From: an uncultured virus (IMG/VR IMGVR_UViG_3300010885_019006)
Lineage: Duplodnaviria; Heunggongvirae; Uroviricota; Caudoviricetes
Virus record (IMG/VR): IMGVR_UViG_3300010885_019006
Coordinates: 1 to 64,000 of that record
Length of the DNA: 64,000 nt
Reading direction: 5' to 3' (one strand)
The notes beneath the pieces are model-generated. The model did not search any database. It was not told the origin of the DNA and saw only the letters and a program-made list of their open reading frames with translations. Every line of letters starts with the position of its first letter. Position 1 is the stretch's first letter. The position numbers and the translations under genes were made by a program. Shown piece after piece: positions 32,101 to 42,317 of this stretch.

Positions 32101-32335
32101 CTAGAACTAATATATCAGAATCTACATAAGTAATAAATGTTCCAGTTACTAAACCTTGAGTAACAAGATCACCGACATTAAAGTTGGTTGTGTTTTCTAG
32201 AGTTAATAATTGTGAATTCTCTTCAAGCCATTCATAATATGCTTTAACAAATGCAATAAAGTTTGGTCCATCTTCTTTATAAAAAGATGGGAACATATTC
32301 TCAATAAGAGGTGAGATCTTTGCTTCAATTGACAT
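29117..32335 (-). CDS. 7: Baseplate wedge initiator
   Basis: FVKAYYEWLE, YRSKGT and DGNYYQEYSY...HTAGTKFFG motifs. Confidence 0.85.
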   Translation of the reverse strand: MSIEAKISPLIENMFPSFYKEDGPNFIAFVKAYYEWLEENSQLLTLENTTNFNVGDLVTQGLVTGTFITYVDSDILVLVNGLESFKCVTMCSDLTPITSSSGGSSFIKRGGLSKRMGSIYLTRNLLNIRNIDTTMDLFLTNFKEKYLCNIEFDVATNKKLLIKNSFDLYRSKGTSRSIDLFLRLVYGVNSNVYYPGDDLFKLSEGEWFKPQYLEIATTGYSSSRAIQLVGKTITGVSSGSQAFVEKYIKHEISNGFSHTLYVTNVSGTFKRGELIKADRVYPDSPTILGSLGELSDITSSYSDFKIGDIVDVTSTNGINGKAKVISLNNSTGFVRFKLLDSGWGYSVNIGNTDPLFLQDHSQTIVSDNVLFLSNIAFGNSISAVSVSSSGLSYNNTDIITIKSQYLNATARPITNSSGGVTSIILMHPGAGFFGGTPLISVANSTGGSTTGSGLSTTFTYEIPKKQFTYFEDIIQKQALIYVNSVIPSSELNSGANILVSNGTATIGSGSLVTYNRTSSNTGTTQVLLSNNFMVKANNKLILASNTQVTANIESYIDVSATGKLVNLPSVGYLSIDGTSYISLPIGEQLYQKNKIGEIIASAIISDAIAIKGLIPVNNITGTFLIGSNLNSSSTTLNTVLNNFQSEFGLFQVNNTFVTTETVPSAKIIIPFTGVNANLIRVSGGESAKYNVGAIYDSETISLNTDIIANSFMYNARLSSNQFNLAAQTTANLNSIIFNSLKYKDFVLGSIYNLGSTSSGYDYTYNPYLLTYQPYTSGYNHRDRIFTVTNINGSFLPGEYIQQSITDTRSVLNVANSTPFIVGERVYTANNTVNYIANATVVSIVSNAITVNNIQGTLRDIDNLKKFANTSTTIDITSVSTSNTVIIAKGILKALSANTMYVKRIQFTNYFSNTLNVVGSISGATANISTINLDYSTDPIGWNASIQSDVFTSNNVVTGLSVTDSGFGFIGGQEATFTIDGKYGTATVIDVGLGNGSGRYKNHKGFVSDLSKIHDGNYYQEYSYDIISRIPLEKYSDMFKKVMHTAGTKFFGSILLDTVVSTKVSIANSYITF

Positions 32336-34107
32336 CAGACTCGTACACCCTCAGCAATTATTGAAGTATCTGTACTGATGATATTTAGAATTACATTATT
32401 CATCACTTGTATATCTTTACTTTCTGGATATGCATAAACTCTAATCTCTGAACCAGTAAATGCTTCAAGAATAAAGTTACTAAGTTGTAACAAGCCTGTA
32501 GTATAATCAATTGTTCCTATTTTAACTATAGGCTCGTTAGTATAAGCAGACACAATATTTAGCATACCCATACCATCATCTTTAATGTATGAATTAAGAC
32601 CTTTATATGTAAATGTAGTTGAATACACACTATAGTTTGACTCGGTAAAGTGACGAACTGATAATGGAACACCAAAGTTTACATTGAAAGTAGTATAAGT
32701 CCCAAGAGTAGGAATAAAAGTTTTAATTAGTTGAACATCAGTCTCATTTGAGATAATTGATAGTTGTGAATTGTCAATCTGCTGGCATAACTTAGAGTAT
32801 CTAAATGTACTACTAAAGTTATTGAGATTATTGATTGCATACTGTGTAATACCTGAAGTAACAATAGTCTGAATATCACTAGGAGTTAGACTTGTTACAT
32901 TGATGTTATATTTTACTTTTGATGTAACTGCTACGTACATATATTCTGGGCTAACAAAGACTGGATCAATTGAGACAGGTGACCTTGGTTTTAAAAACTT
33001 AAAATATTCGGCTTTTTTAACATCTGGTACTTGATCAAATTCCTTAAGATCAACCGCTACAAAAACTTTACCATATTGTGGCGGATCAAGGTTTTCGCCA
33101 CCATATGCATGAACTGCATTGACTTCTGGGAAGTTAGTCTTAAGTAGTGTTTCATAATCTTCAGTTGTGATAGCACGTTCTTGTGTTGTAAAATGCCGTG
33201 GAGCATTTCTCTTAATTGACTCAATGGATTCAGAAACAGAACCACCAGCAGCTACTGATAATGTAGTAATTGTGATTCCAGTCTCACTGCTGATTGGGGA
33301 GTCTGAAGTAAACTGATTACACCCATTCGGAAGTTCACCATTACAAATTCTATATTCTACTGCAATTACAGAATTATTCTTAGGAAGTCGACCACTAACT
33401 CCATCACCAAAGACAATCTCATATGAATCATTTTCAGCCCCTTGAATGAAAAAGACTTGTGATGTAGCGCTTAGATCAAATAAAGACTTAGCTTGTTTAT
33501 AGACAACTGGATTTGCTCCATTATCTTCAAACACAGTAACTGTAATACTTGAAGTATCAATGTTTTTATTTGATAGAAGAATTCGATCATGATTACCATA
33601 GGCATAAGTAAATGTATCTGTTATATAATATCCTTCATAGATATCAAAGATACCACCAAAGAATCTAGAAGTATTTACAGTCTCATAAGCATCTAGAATA
33701 ATATTCTCTGGTATTGAAAATGTAAATGTCTTATTAAATTGAGTACTTGTAAAAGTAGTGCCTTTAGTTGCTAATAATGAAGTCTTTGTGAGATCGTTTG
33801 ACTTTACAACAATAGCAATCTTAGCAACGGCGGATTTAAATGATCGAGGAGTATAGTTGAGTTCTTTGGCGTGTGATACCACAGAATCTCTAAGTTGAGC
33901 AGAATCCAAAAACATTTCACTACCGATCATATTCAAATAGAATGAGTTGTGAAACGTGTTATATGAAAGCAAATCCAATAGAACTGACATATTTGAACCA
34001 TCAAAATCATAGTCATTAAATTTGGATTGTGTCTTTAGATATGACTTAAATGTATTCTTGATTGTATCAAAATCAAGGGAGCTTAAAATGATACTGGAAT
34101 TTGCCAT
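32335..34107 (-). CDS. 6: Baseplate wedge subunit
   Basis: LDFDTIK...DYDFDGSNMSVLLDLLSYNT and RAITTEDY motifs. Confidence 0.93.
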   Translation of the reverse strand: MANSSIILSSLDFDTIKNTFKSYLKTQSKFNDYDFDGSNMSVLLDLLSYNTFHNSFYLNMIGSEMFLDSAQLRDSVVSHAKELNYTPRSFKSAVAKIAIVVKSNDLTKTSLLATKGTTFTSTQFNKTFTFSIPENIILDAYETVNTSRFFGGIFDIYEGYYITDTFTYAYGNHDRILLSNKNIDTSSITVTVFEDNGANPVVYKQAKSLFDLSATSQVFFIQGAENDSYEIVFGDGVSGRLPKNNSVIAVEYRICNGELPNGCNQFTSDSPISSETGITITTLSVAAGGSVSESIESIKRNAPRHFTTQERAITTEDYETLLKTNFPEVNAVHAYGGENLDPPQYGKVFVAVDLKEFDQVPDVKKAEYFKFLKPRSPVSIDPVFVSPEYMYVAVTSKVKYNINVTSLTPSDIQTIVTSGITQYAINNLNNFSSTFRYSKLCQQIDNSQLSIISNETDVQLIKTFIPTLGTYTTFNVNFGVPLSVRHFTESNYSVYSTTFTYKGLNSYIKDDGMGMLNIVSAYTNEPIVKIGTIDYTTGLLQLSNFILEAFTGSEIRVYAYPESKDIQVMNNVILNIISTDTSIIAEGVRV

Positions 34108-34532
34108 TAACGTACTCGCTCTAGCGTTAGATTTACTGTAATTGGATCTGATTTATTTATAACCATATAAGTAATAGTTACTACATATTGATTCTGATCG
34201 TAGTATGGTATAACAGAAACACTTAAAACTATAGCTCTTGGTTCATATTCTCTAATTGTATCTTGAATATATTTAGAGATTAATTCTGAAGTTGCCGATC
34301 CCATTGGTTCAAATAACATCTGACGAAGATCTGATCCAATGCGTGGTTGATATAAACGCTCACCTCGATTAGTAAGTATCAGATTTTTGATTGATCTACT
34401 CACAGCCATTTCATCAACATACCGAACAATGTCTTTAATCACTGGGTGTGGATTTAGATTAATAAGAAAGTCGGAATAGCGTTGTAATGCTTTAGCTGAA
34501 CTTTGTGTAAACTTATCTGATCTAGTAGACAT
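34107..34532 (-). CDS. 25: Baseplate wedge subunit
   Basis: SIKNLILTNRGERLYQPRIGS...YEPR motif. Confidence 0.9.
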   Translation of the reverse strand: MSTRSDKFTQSSAKALQRYSDFLINLNPHPVIKDIVRYVDEMAVSRSIKNLILTNRGERLYQPRIGSDLRQMLFEPMGSATSELISKYIQDTIREYEPRAIVLSVSVIPYYDQNQYVVTITYMVINKSDPITVNLTLERVR

Positions 34533-34542
34533 GTTGACTTCC

Positions 34543-36060
34543 TTATGCGATTATAATTGCTGTGTTTGATGTAACTGTCTGAAGTAGATATTTAGAAGTT
34601 TGTCCGTATACTTTACAAAAAATTGAAAACCCGACATCAGTATTAGTACATGTATACTTATTATTACTTGAAAGTACTTGTACAGTATTTGCGGTTTCAA
34701 ACTTTATCCATTCATACTGAATTATTTTAACAGCAGAAGGCCATGTACCAGTTGAGCATGTAAGTGTGTTAGCCTTCTTTGCCAAGCCACTAATTACCGG
34801 TAAATTGTCTGGAGCTAAACTAAATGTTACTGGACCGACTAATGCTGATTGTGCTTGTTTGATGTTGGTGTGATTCTCGGCTGTCACAGTGCAGAATAGA
34901 TTACAATCAAGATCGTCTAAAATTGGACTGTACGAGTTAGTATTTGCACCGTAAATGTCTGTTCCGTTTCTAGCCCACTGATATGAATATGTAAATGCCG
35001 AATTGTTGCTTACACCATTTGCACTCCAAGTACCATCTGAGCAAATAACTGTATTTCCTACAGCAGCAGTTCCAGTAATAATTGGTAATTCATCGTTTAC
35101 TGGTGCTGGTAGATTCATTATTTGATTGACATTGTCTTTGTATTGTGTATAATCAGTACTATTGACTGAAGTAATAAAATTGTTTACAGATGATGTATCA
35201 AGTACAGGTGTAATGCCTGTCAATGTCTGAACAGTAGATTGATGTGAATCAATAACAGATAGAGACTGATTGATTCCGATAATAGATCCATCCATTATAG
35301 ACTCACCTGTTTTAATTGCATCCTGAATTGTCTTGACAGCACTGAGTGCATTATCTAGATCATTCAGTGTAATACCGGCATCATTCAGTGTTTCACAGAT
35401 ACTATTGGCAATAGCTTTAGCTATTTTCTTTTCTAGGTCTAATGCTGCTTGTTCTACAGCATCTTTTGCCTTTCGTTCATATTTTTGTAATTCTTCTAAA
35501 GCGCAAGCTTTAAGTTTATCTTCAACTTGTCTAGCAACAGTGATAAGCTTTGCAAGTGCTTTGGTGACTTCAACAATACGACTAATAAGATCTATAAGTG
35601 CTTCAATATCAGGGAGAATTTTACCTATAGTTTGCTTGACAATAAACTTAGGTAGTTCGAATGGATTGAGAGGAACACTTAATAGAGGAAATAACTTTTC
35701 TAATTCTTTCTGAATTGGCTTTGTAAGTGAATCTAATTCATCACCAATATCATTAAGTGCCTTTTCTAGTTTCTGCTGAAGGTTGTCACAATCAGTTACT
35801 TTTTCAATTTCTTTTGTGAGCTTGTTGATTCGTTTTGCTAGAGTAGAACCTTTATTTGCTCTAGCATCTTGAACCTGCTTACCTGATTTTATTTTACAGT
35901 CGCCAGACAGATTAGACGGGTTTACTGGTATTGGTGGAACTATAGTTGCCGCCGTAATATCAGCTAAATTCTTATTGAGTTTTGCTTGATCTACTTTAAT
36001 AGGCTTATCAGCATCAATTAATGCTTGTATTGCAGAAGGTACTGGTGGTATAGATGCCAT
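34543..36060 (-). CDS. Hypothetical baseplate-associated protein (helical N-terminus, two Ig-like repeats)
   Basis: Two PxIxGxAxxxNTxxCSxGTW...YxW repeats at the C-terminus; lies between gp5 and gp25. Confidence 0.6.
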   Translation of the reverse strand: MASIPPVPSAIQALIDADKPIKVDQAKLNKNLADITAATIVPPIPVNPSNLSGDCKIKSGKQVQDARANKGSTLAKRINKLTKEIEKVTDCDNLQQKLEKALNDIGDELDSLTKPIQKELEKLFPLLSVPLNPFELPKFIVKQTIGKILPDIEALIDLISRIVEVTKALAKLITVARQVEDKLKACALEELQKYERKAKDAVEQAALDLEKKIAKAIANSICETLNDAGITLNDLDNALSAVKTIQDAIKTGESIMDGSIIGINQSLSVIDSHQSTVQTLTGITPVLDTSSVNNFITSVNSTDYTQYKDNVNQIMNLPAPVNDELPIITGTAAVGNTVICSDGTWSANGVSNNSAFTYSYQWARNGTDIYGANTNSYSPILDDLDCNLFCTVTAENHTNIKQAQSALVGPVTFSLAPDNLPVISGLAKKANTLTCSTGTWPSAVKIIQYEWIKFETANTVQVLSSNNKYTCTNTDVGFSIFCKVYGQTSKYLLQTVTSNTAIIIA

Positions 36061-36962
36061 TACTTAGACTCCGTCAAAATGCCAGATTCAAATATAAAAG
36101 ATCTTCCACCAACAATAATAGCATCATTCACACCATCGCCGGGTGTTACATGAGTTACGGATTTAATTCCACCCACCGTAGTATTTAAACCACCTGGGGC
36201 AGCAACAGTAACATCAGTGCCGGAATTAAGCGAGATTCCATTTTGACCATTTAGGCTAAGTCTACCAGCAGCAGATAGTTTTATATTGCCTTCAGTGTTT
36301 ATTGATACATCACTTTTTACAATTGCCGTCAAAGTACCTTCAACACTGAGATTACAGTCACCTTTTATGGCGATCTTTTTAGCACCACCCACAATATCAA
36401 AACTATCACCTACGGACTTAATCACCATTCGACCACCGGCATTAATTTCAATTGAAGTTCCAGATTTATGGAAGATATGGATTCGTTCTTGCCCTGGCGT
36501 ATCATCAAGTTCAATAGCATGCCCAGCTCTAGTCTGAATAACTCGGTTGTAAGGATACTCTGCAGCATATGCCGAATCGGGTTCTACGGGATGAGCCTTT
36601 TCTTTTTTGATAGTCTGTTGTCCCCGAGCAAGAGCAGGTACTGAATGCTTGGCATTGTCCATATCTGGAATTACTGGAAAAGTACCCATAATCATTGCAA
36701 TCTGCTTTTCTCGACCGTCCATATAAAAGCCGATAACTCTTGATCCTACTGATAACTGAGGTGTGTCTCCATTGCCTTCAAAACTACCACTAGTAGTGGG
36801 CATCATAACTTGAGCCCAGTCTAAATCATCCGTTGGGATATCATCATGAACATTAAAGATTCTAACTTTTGCCCGACCAAGTTTTAATTCGTCATTCACA
36901 TCTTCAACTATTCCAACAAACCAACGGAAGCCATCTTCACCTAGAAACTGAGTAGTACTCAT
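36060..36962 (-). CDS. 5: Baseplate hub / central spike, without a lysozyme domain
   Basis: WFVGIVEDVND..LGRAKVR OB fold, YPYNRV...GHAIELDDTPGQERIH, and beta-helix repeats. Confidence 0.9.
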   Translation of the reverse strand: MSTTQFLGEDGFRWFVGIVEDVNDELKLGRAKVRIFNVHDDIPTDDLDWAQVMMPTTSGSFEGNGDTPQLSVGSRVIGFYMDGREKQIAMIMGTFPVIPDMDNAKHSVPALARGQQTIKKEKAHPVEPDSAYAAEYPYNRVIQTRAGHAIELDDTPGQERIHIFHKSGTSIEINAGGRMVIKSVGDSFDIVGGAKKIAIKGDCNLSVEGTLTAIVKSDVSINTEGNIKLSAAGRLSLNGQNGISLNSGTDVTVAAPGGLNTTVGGIKSVTHVTPGDGVNDAIIVGGRSFIFESGILTESK

Positions 36963-38302
36963 TATGCATTATCCTCGAAATCACCCTTAATTAGTTCTAG
37001 AGACATTGTGTGTTGTGGTCTATCACTATTTAAGATTATATGTCTAACTTTAGCAACTAAATAATTACCAGTATTCAACCGAGCTTTAGTTTTACCATTG
37101 TCAATTGATGTTGCTGCTGGTAAGTGACAAATAAGCATGTCACCAATATCTATATCAGTATCACCATAAATGTAAATCTGAATTTTATTCTGATCTATTT
37201 TTAATGCTTCAGCAATGCCGACACTTAGAGCAGCAGGGTATTGTGTCTTTGGGTTTGCACTAGAGATTGGAACTAATCTAGTAGCAGAAGTAGTCTTACC
37301 TTGAGTTCTGGTATAAGTTGAACTATTAAGTGAAGCTTTATCATTACCACTTGCAGTTTTAAGTGTATTTGTTCCTACATTATCAGTATATGTAACTGTA
37401 TTTAAATTACCCATAATAGTATCTAGTGAGTTTACACTATTTGTAAAGCCGCCAAGACCCGACACCGAACAAGCATCACCACTTGTTGGTCTGTTATATG
37501 CAATGATATTACGGATATTCACATCTTCAATTTTGATTTTTCTGTGAGTGTCAAAGAAGAATTCTTTATCAGTTCCTTTTGCTACACTTTTAGCACCATC
37601 ATCCATCAGTCTTGCTAATGATGCCAGACGATAGCCTTTCTTACCTTCAAAGAAAAATAATCGTGAAAAGTTATATTTGACTGAATACGACTTTTGGCGA
37701 ATATAATCAATTGCTTCAAATGGGCGCATCTTGTGTAGATTCTTACTGATAATTCCTGAGGTCTTTTCTAGATCAACTTCTCTAGCCGTCTGAAGATCAT
37801 CCTTTAGAATCTTGCCTATTAGTTCGTCACCTGCTCCATTGAACTTACGCTTGACAAATAATCTTGAATTGCTCAACATATCAGCAGAAACTAATTGAAG
37901 TGTATATGTAACATTCTTATTATTCTCATGTACTTCATGATCAAAAATGTCATTCACTCGGAATAGTAGTGTCAGAGCTGTATTATTCTTTGGTGTACGA
38001 ATTGAGATTGTGGCATATTCTTCTTTGAGAATTGGGAAACTTTCTAGTAAGCCAATTGAGTCTGATATATTCAATTCAGCAAAGATTACAGGTGACATAA
38101 TAGACTTGAAGATCTGAATACCTTTGGCGTGATCCATTAGACTAAACTTACGATTTCCGTCCTGACTTACCAATGAAACATCAAGTATTTCTACATCACC
38201 CGCAAGAATATCAGTTCCTGCTGTTTTTGATACATTTGTAGTAGCACCTAAGGTAGTTAAAACAGTTTCAATGCCAGATAAAATGTCTTTAATAAAACTC
38301 AT
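36962..38302 (-). CDS. Baseplate hub protein (gp27-like)
   Basis: Position between gp53 and gp5; PFEAI...FFFE and GDTDIDIG...GNYLVAKVRH motifs. Confidence 0.65.
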   Translation of the reverse strand: MSFIKDILSGIETVLTTLGATTNVSKTAGTDILAGDVEILDVSLVSQDGNRKFSLMDHAKGIQIFKSIMSPVIFAELNISDSIGLLESFPILKEEYATISIRTPKNNTALTLLFRVNDIFDHEVHENNKNVTYTLQLVSADMLSNSRLFVKRKFNGAGDELIGKILKDDLQTAREVDLEKTSGIISKNLHKMRPFEAIDYIRQKSYSVKYNFSRLFFFEGKKGYRLASLARLMDDGAKSVAKGTDKEFFFDTHRKIKIEDVNIRNIIAYNRPTSGDACSVSGLGGFTNSVNSLDTIMGNLNTVTYTDNVGTNTLKTASGNDKASLNSSTYTRTQGKTTSATRLVPISSANPKTQYPAALSVGIAEALKIDQNKIQIYIYGDTDIDIGDMLICHLPAATSIDNGKTKARLNTGNYLVAKVRHIILNSDRPQHTMSLELIKGDFEDNA

Positions 38303-39210
38303 GCTGATCTCATAATCCGTTTTAGTTCTTCCTCAGCAGTTCCTTTATAATTAGAACCGATAAGTTGAATATATCTTTTCTTGGTGTTTTCTTCATATTC
38401 ATAGTCAAGATATGTTACTGGACTCCAATATGTATTGTCAACTTCAGCCATAGTCTTTACAGAAGCACCAGAGACAATTTCACCGGTAGCACCTGATTCA
38501 TGACCAGTTACAGTAAAGCCAGTGAATGTGTCAGACAAAGAGAAAAACTGACCTGCTGGAATAGATGGATCTACAGGAAAGCCTACAGTGTGTTGAATTG
38601 TTATATTAGACCCATTTACATCTTTTACAAATGCATAGATGGTTGGATCATTATTTACTTGAACTTCTTCATCTTTGATGAATGTACCAGCCGCATTACT
38701 TAGATTAAGTATAATAGTCTGATTAGTAAATAGAATAGAATCATCTTGCTTACGGACATATTTCTTCACCAGGCCGTATGAATCAAGAACTACTTCATAA
38801 TACTTTCGATGTGAACCATTAAAGACATCATTTGAAAGCTGATTAAATTGATCTGGTGTTAATTCTGTATGATCGTTTATCCAGTCTAGTCTATAATGCT
38901 TTATCTTGCGCGAAGCAGTTTCAATAGACCCATATTTGCTTTTAATGTGTCTAGCTAAATCCACATCGGATAGAGGCAGATCATAATAAGGATCAATAGT
39001 TTCATTAGCATACCAAACAAGCCAAGTATAACCTGGATCATCATAGTAGTTAGCTGATAATTGGTCAATTCGATCATCATCCTTCATTGTATAAGGATAA
39101 AATAGAGAATATGAAGCTTTTGACTTCTGACTTAACTGACCTTTAGCTAGAATGTTTCTGACATCATAGCCATTATATGAGATGATAGGAAGTTTATTAA
39201 AGTAGTTCAT
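38299..39210 (-). CDS. 53: Baseplate wedge protein
   Basis: YFNKLP, DDDRIDQLSANYYDDP..TWLV and YEYEENTKKR motifs. Confidence 0.85.
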   Translation of the reverse strand: MNYFNKLPIISYNGYDVRNILAKGQLSQKSKASYSLFYPYTMKDDDRIDQLSANYYDDPGYTWLVWYANETIDPYYDLPLSDVDLARHIKSKYGSIETASRKIKHYRLDWINDHTELTPDQFNQLSNDVFNGSHRKYYEVVLDSYGLVKKYVRKQDDSILFTNQTIILNLSNAAGTFIKDEEVQVNNDPTIYAFVKDVNGSNITIQHTVGFPVDPSIPAGQFFSLSDTFTGFTVTGHESGATGEIVSGASVKTMAEVDNTYWSPVTYLDYEYEENTKKRYIQLIGSNYKGTAEEELKRIMRSA

Positions 39211-40181
39211 GGTTTAGCATCCATTACAGCTTGGACCGCACTTTTAATTGCTTTAGTAGCGCCAGGAAATGCATTTGTTATAGCTTGAGCACTTTCTAAT
39301 AATGTATCAAGACCACTATTACTATCCCAATCTCCGGATAGCATGTATTCAATCTCCATAAAACTAATAGTAATAGTAGTAGCAACAGCACCATTAGTTC
39401 CATGGAAAAAACCAGGAGAACCACCAGGTGTATAATTAACACTTACACCTTTCATAACGCATTTTTTATAGCGTATAATACTGGTATCTGAATTCCAACC
39501 CCAAGGAGCAAGACCACCGGTATCCCAAGGGTAAAAATTAAGCTGAACCATATTTGGGTAATTTAAAAGAGCAGCAGATCCTGCAAATGTATTTTTTGGG
39601 AGTGCTGATTCTTTTAAAACCTTGATAATTTTCTGTAAGGTGTTACTTTCCGTTTCATTCTTAGGATAAAATGTCCATGAATGACTGAAATCTCTTAGTT
39701 CGGGGCCTGTGAACATAACTGAGGGATTTGGGTTTGGAGCAGTTCCTGTCATTTGTTGAATAGCAGAAGTAATTTGATCGGCTGAAATTACTTTATCAAT
39801 TGCACCACCAATTTTACCCAAAAATTTACTATAACCCCCAAAGTATGCATCAACTCCTGCACCCAACACATTTGATGCAGTACTCTTAATTAATTCGCCT
39901 GAATTACGTGCTAATGCCGCTCTCAATCCAGGCCCTATATCATTAACACTATCACCATTGATTATATCTCCAACGGATTCAAGATTCTGATTATTATTAT
40001 TATAACCAACCGAAGTATTATCTCTAAGATCTACAGGTAGTGGGAAATAGATAATCTTCTTTGTTTTAAATTCAGAGCTTGTAAATGGTGCAGGTCTACT
40101 ATACTCACCAAGTGTCAACTGGGTATAATACTTACCGAGATATGAATCGGTTGGGCTATTAATTTGAATTGTATCAACCAT
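39207..40181 (-). CDS. 48: Baseplate-tail tube cap
   Basis: NPNPSVMFTGPELRDFSHSWTFYPKN..ES and CVMKGVSVNYTP motifs. Confidence 0.85.
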   Translation of the reverse strand: MVDTIQINSPTDSYLGKYYTQLTLGEYSRPAPFTSSEFKTKKIIYFPLPVDLRDNTSVGYNNNNQNLESVGDIINGDSVNDIGPGLRAALARNSGELIKSTASNVLGAGVDAYFGGYSKFLGKIGGAIDKVISADQITSAIQQMTGTAPNPNPSVMFTGPELRDFSHSWTFYPKNETESNTLQKIIKVLKESALPKNTFAGSAALLNYPNMVQLNFYPWDTGGLAPWGWNSDTSIIRYKKCVMKGVSVNYTPGGSPGFFHGTNGAVATTITISFMEIEYMLSGDWDSNSGLDTLLESAQAITNAFPGATKAIKSAVQAVMDAKP

Positions 40182-40576
40182 TATACGGCCGCCAAGATTT
40201 CAATATTAGAATCTGATTTCTTACTTGAAATCTTGGTTTCTGGGTTAATCTTTTGCAGATATGTCTTAATATCAGTGATAGATTTACTTCTGAGATCCGC
40301 CATGTTAGTAGCTCCTATCTTAGAAGGTTCCTTTCCTGCCAATCCGAAGAATTCATTTGAAGCACCAGTAATAATTGTATCAGTTTTCAAAGCAGCAAAT
40401 GCTTCTACACTCTGATATGATGCACCAATATTAAACATAGATTCTGCTACATTTTTAGCAGGGAGTCTAGAATTGGATGCTAGATTGCTGACAACATTAC
40501 CGATGATATTATCTACTGCACTTCCAATAATAGACTTTGCAGAATCTTTAATAAAACTTCCGACATTAAATGCCAT
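40181..40576 (-). CDS. Hypothetical late protein
   Basis: 131-aa ORF with AAGGA SD, downstream of a late promoter. Confidence 0.6.
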   Translation of the reverse strand: MAFNVGSFIKDSAKSIIGSAVDNIIGNVVSNLASNSRLPAKNVAESMFNIGASYQSVEAFAALKTDTIITGASNEFFGLAGKEPSKIGATNMADLRSKSITDIKTYLQKINPETKISSKKSDSNIEILAAV

Positions 40577-40595
40577 GAATGTTTCCTTTTGTTTT

Positions 40596-40617
40596 TATAA
40601 ATATATCTTTATTTATA
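40596..40617. promoter_or_regulatory. Divergent pair of T4 late promoters
   Basis: TATAAATA at 40596-40603 (+) and 40610-40617 (-), exactly at the strand switch. Confidence 0.8.
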
Positions 40618-40628
40618 TTGGATTTTAG

Positions 40629-41060
40629 ATGGCATACAAAGGAAAATTCACACCCAAGAATCCGAATAAATACAAAGGTAATCCCACTAACATTGTTTAC
40701 AGATCTCATTGGGAATTAAAATGTATGTTACACTTTGATTCTCATCCAGATGTAATAGAGTGGTCTTCAGAGGAAATAGTAATACCATACAGATCACCAA
40801 TAGATAACAGGATACACAGATATTTCCCTGACTTTTTCATCAGACGAAAAGATAAAGAAGGAAATATCAAAGCATTTTTAATTGAGGTAAAACCCAAAGC
40901 TCAAACCAAACCACCAAAGTTACAGACTAAAGCAACAAAGCGCTATATTAATGAAGTTGCTACTTGGGGTGTAAATTCAGCTAAATGGGAACAAGCCGAG
41001 CAATACTGTAAAGACCGAAACTGGGAATTTATAAAAATTACTGAGGACGAACTATTTTAA
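40629..41060 (+). CDS. 4: Head completion nuclease
   Basis: YKGNPTNIVYRSHWE, WSSEE, HRYFPDF and IEVKP motifs. Confidence 0.93.
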   Translation: MAYKGKFTPKNPNKYKGNPTNIVYRSHWELKCMLHFDSHPDVIEWSSEEIVIPYRSPIDNRIHRYFPDFFIRRKDKEGNIKAFLIEVKPKAQTKPPKLQTKATKRYINEVATWGVNSAKWEQAEQYCKDRNWEFIKITEDELF

Positions 41061-41656
41061 TGGCAAATGTATTTGACGAACTTATCACAAAAGGTATCCG
41101 TGCAGGGCATGTTCCTGCACGAACTGAAGAAGCACGTAAATGGTACCGCGAAATGGCTTCAAAGCAAGGTCGGATCAACGAACGACAGTTGATTAATTCA
41201 GATCCAGATCGAGGCAAAACTGTCATTAAACCTGGATCAATGTATATGTATCTCTACGATCCAAAACATAAAGATACGCTACCTTACTACGATAGAGCAC
41301 CTCTTATATTTCCATTTAGAGTAGAAAGTAATAGATTTTGGGGTATCAATTTGCACTATCTTCCATTGGAACTTAGAGCAAAACTTATGGATGCTTTATA
41401 TGAAACTCGAATAAATAGTAGGTATGATGAATCGACCAAACTTAGAATTAGTTATCAGGTGCTTACTAGTGCATCAAAGTATAGATATTTTGAACCTTGT
41501 GTGAAGCAATATCTAGTTAATCATGTACAGTCTAAGTTTATGTATATTTACCCTTCTGAATGGGATGTGGCAATTTGGCTACCGACTGAACGTTTTGCTA
41601 AAGCCACAAAGACTCAAGTGTGGGCAGAGTCCAAAAAGAAAGTAATGAGTAACTAA
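41060..41656 (+). CDS. 2: DNA end protector protein
   Basis: YDPKHKDTLPYYDRAPL and GINLHYLP motifs. Confidence 0.92.
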   Translation: MANVFDELITKGIRAGHVPARTEEARKWYREMASKQGRINERQLINSDPDRGKTVIKPGSMYMYLYDPKHKDTLPYYDRAPLIFPFRVESNRFWGINLHYLPLELRAKLMDALYETRINSRYDESTKLRISYQVLTSASKYRYFEPCVKQYLVNHVQSKFMYIYPSEWDVAIWLPTERFAKATKTQVWAESKKKVMSN

Positions 41657-41657
41657 G

Positions 41658-42305
41658 ATGATAGTTAAGATAAATGATTTTATTGCAGAGATTAATAAAG
41701 CAGGCGTACTTAGAGACAATAAATATGTAGCAAATTTTGGTGTTCCTCCTTATCTTAATCGGCCAGACTCTCCGATATCAAAATATAAGACAATCTATAA
41801 TGGTGGCCAATTAGCACTACGTTGTGAAACAGCATCAATACCTGGGCTTCAATTTGCAGGTATTGAAGGACCACCAAGAATAGGCTATGGTCCAATCGAA
41901 TTTAATCCTTATAATGTAGTATATGAGGATATTAATTTAACTTTTGTATTGGATACTAAAGCAGGTGTTCATAAATTCTTTTATGACTGGATGAATACTA
42001 TAGTAAACTTTCATGCGGCAGGTCAGTCACAATTGCGAAATGCACGAGGTTCTGTTGCAGGCATGGTTCCGTACGAAGTAGGTTATAAGGATTATTATAG
42101 TACTAATTTAACAATTTATGTTTATAATGATAATACAGACCCAACTGAATCTAATGCATCAATGATCTTTAATGCTTATAAGGCATTTCCTAAAGCAATC
42201 ACACCTCTAACTCTTAATTGGGCTGATGGTCAACCATTAAAGTTACAAGTAACTATAGCTTATACCGATTTTGAAATTACTTATGGATCATTCCCTATTA
42301 AATAA
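41658..42305 (+). CDS. 54: Tail tube initiator (gp54/gp19-like)
   Basis: CETASIPG, FFYDWMN, YKDYY and AFPKAI..L.W motifs; synteny. Confidence 0.7.
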   Translation: MIVKINDFIAEINKAGVLRDNKYVANFGVPPYLNRPDSPISKYKTIYNGGQLALRCETASIPGLQFAGIEGPPRIGYGPIEFNPYNVVYEDINLTFVLDTKAGVHKFFYDWMNTIVNFHAAGQSQLRNARGSVAGMVPYEVGYKDYYSTNLTIYVYNDNTDPTESNASMIFNAYKAFPKAITPLTLNWADGQPLKLQVTIAYTDFEITYGSFPIK

Positions 42306-42317
42306 TGGAGCTAACTT

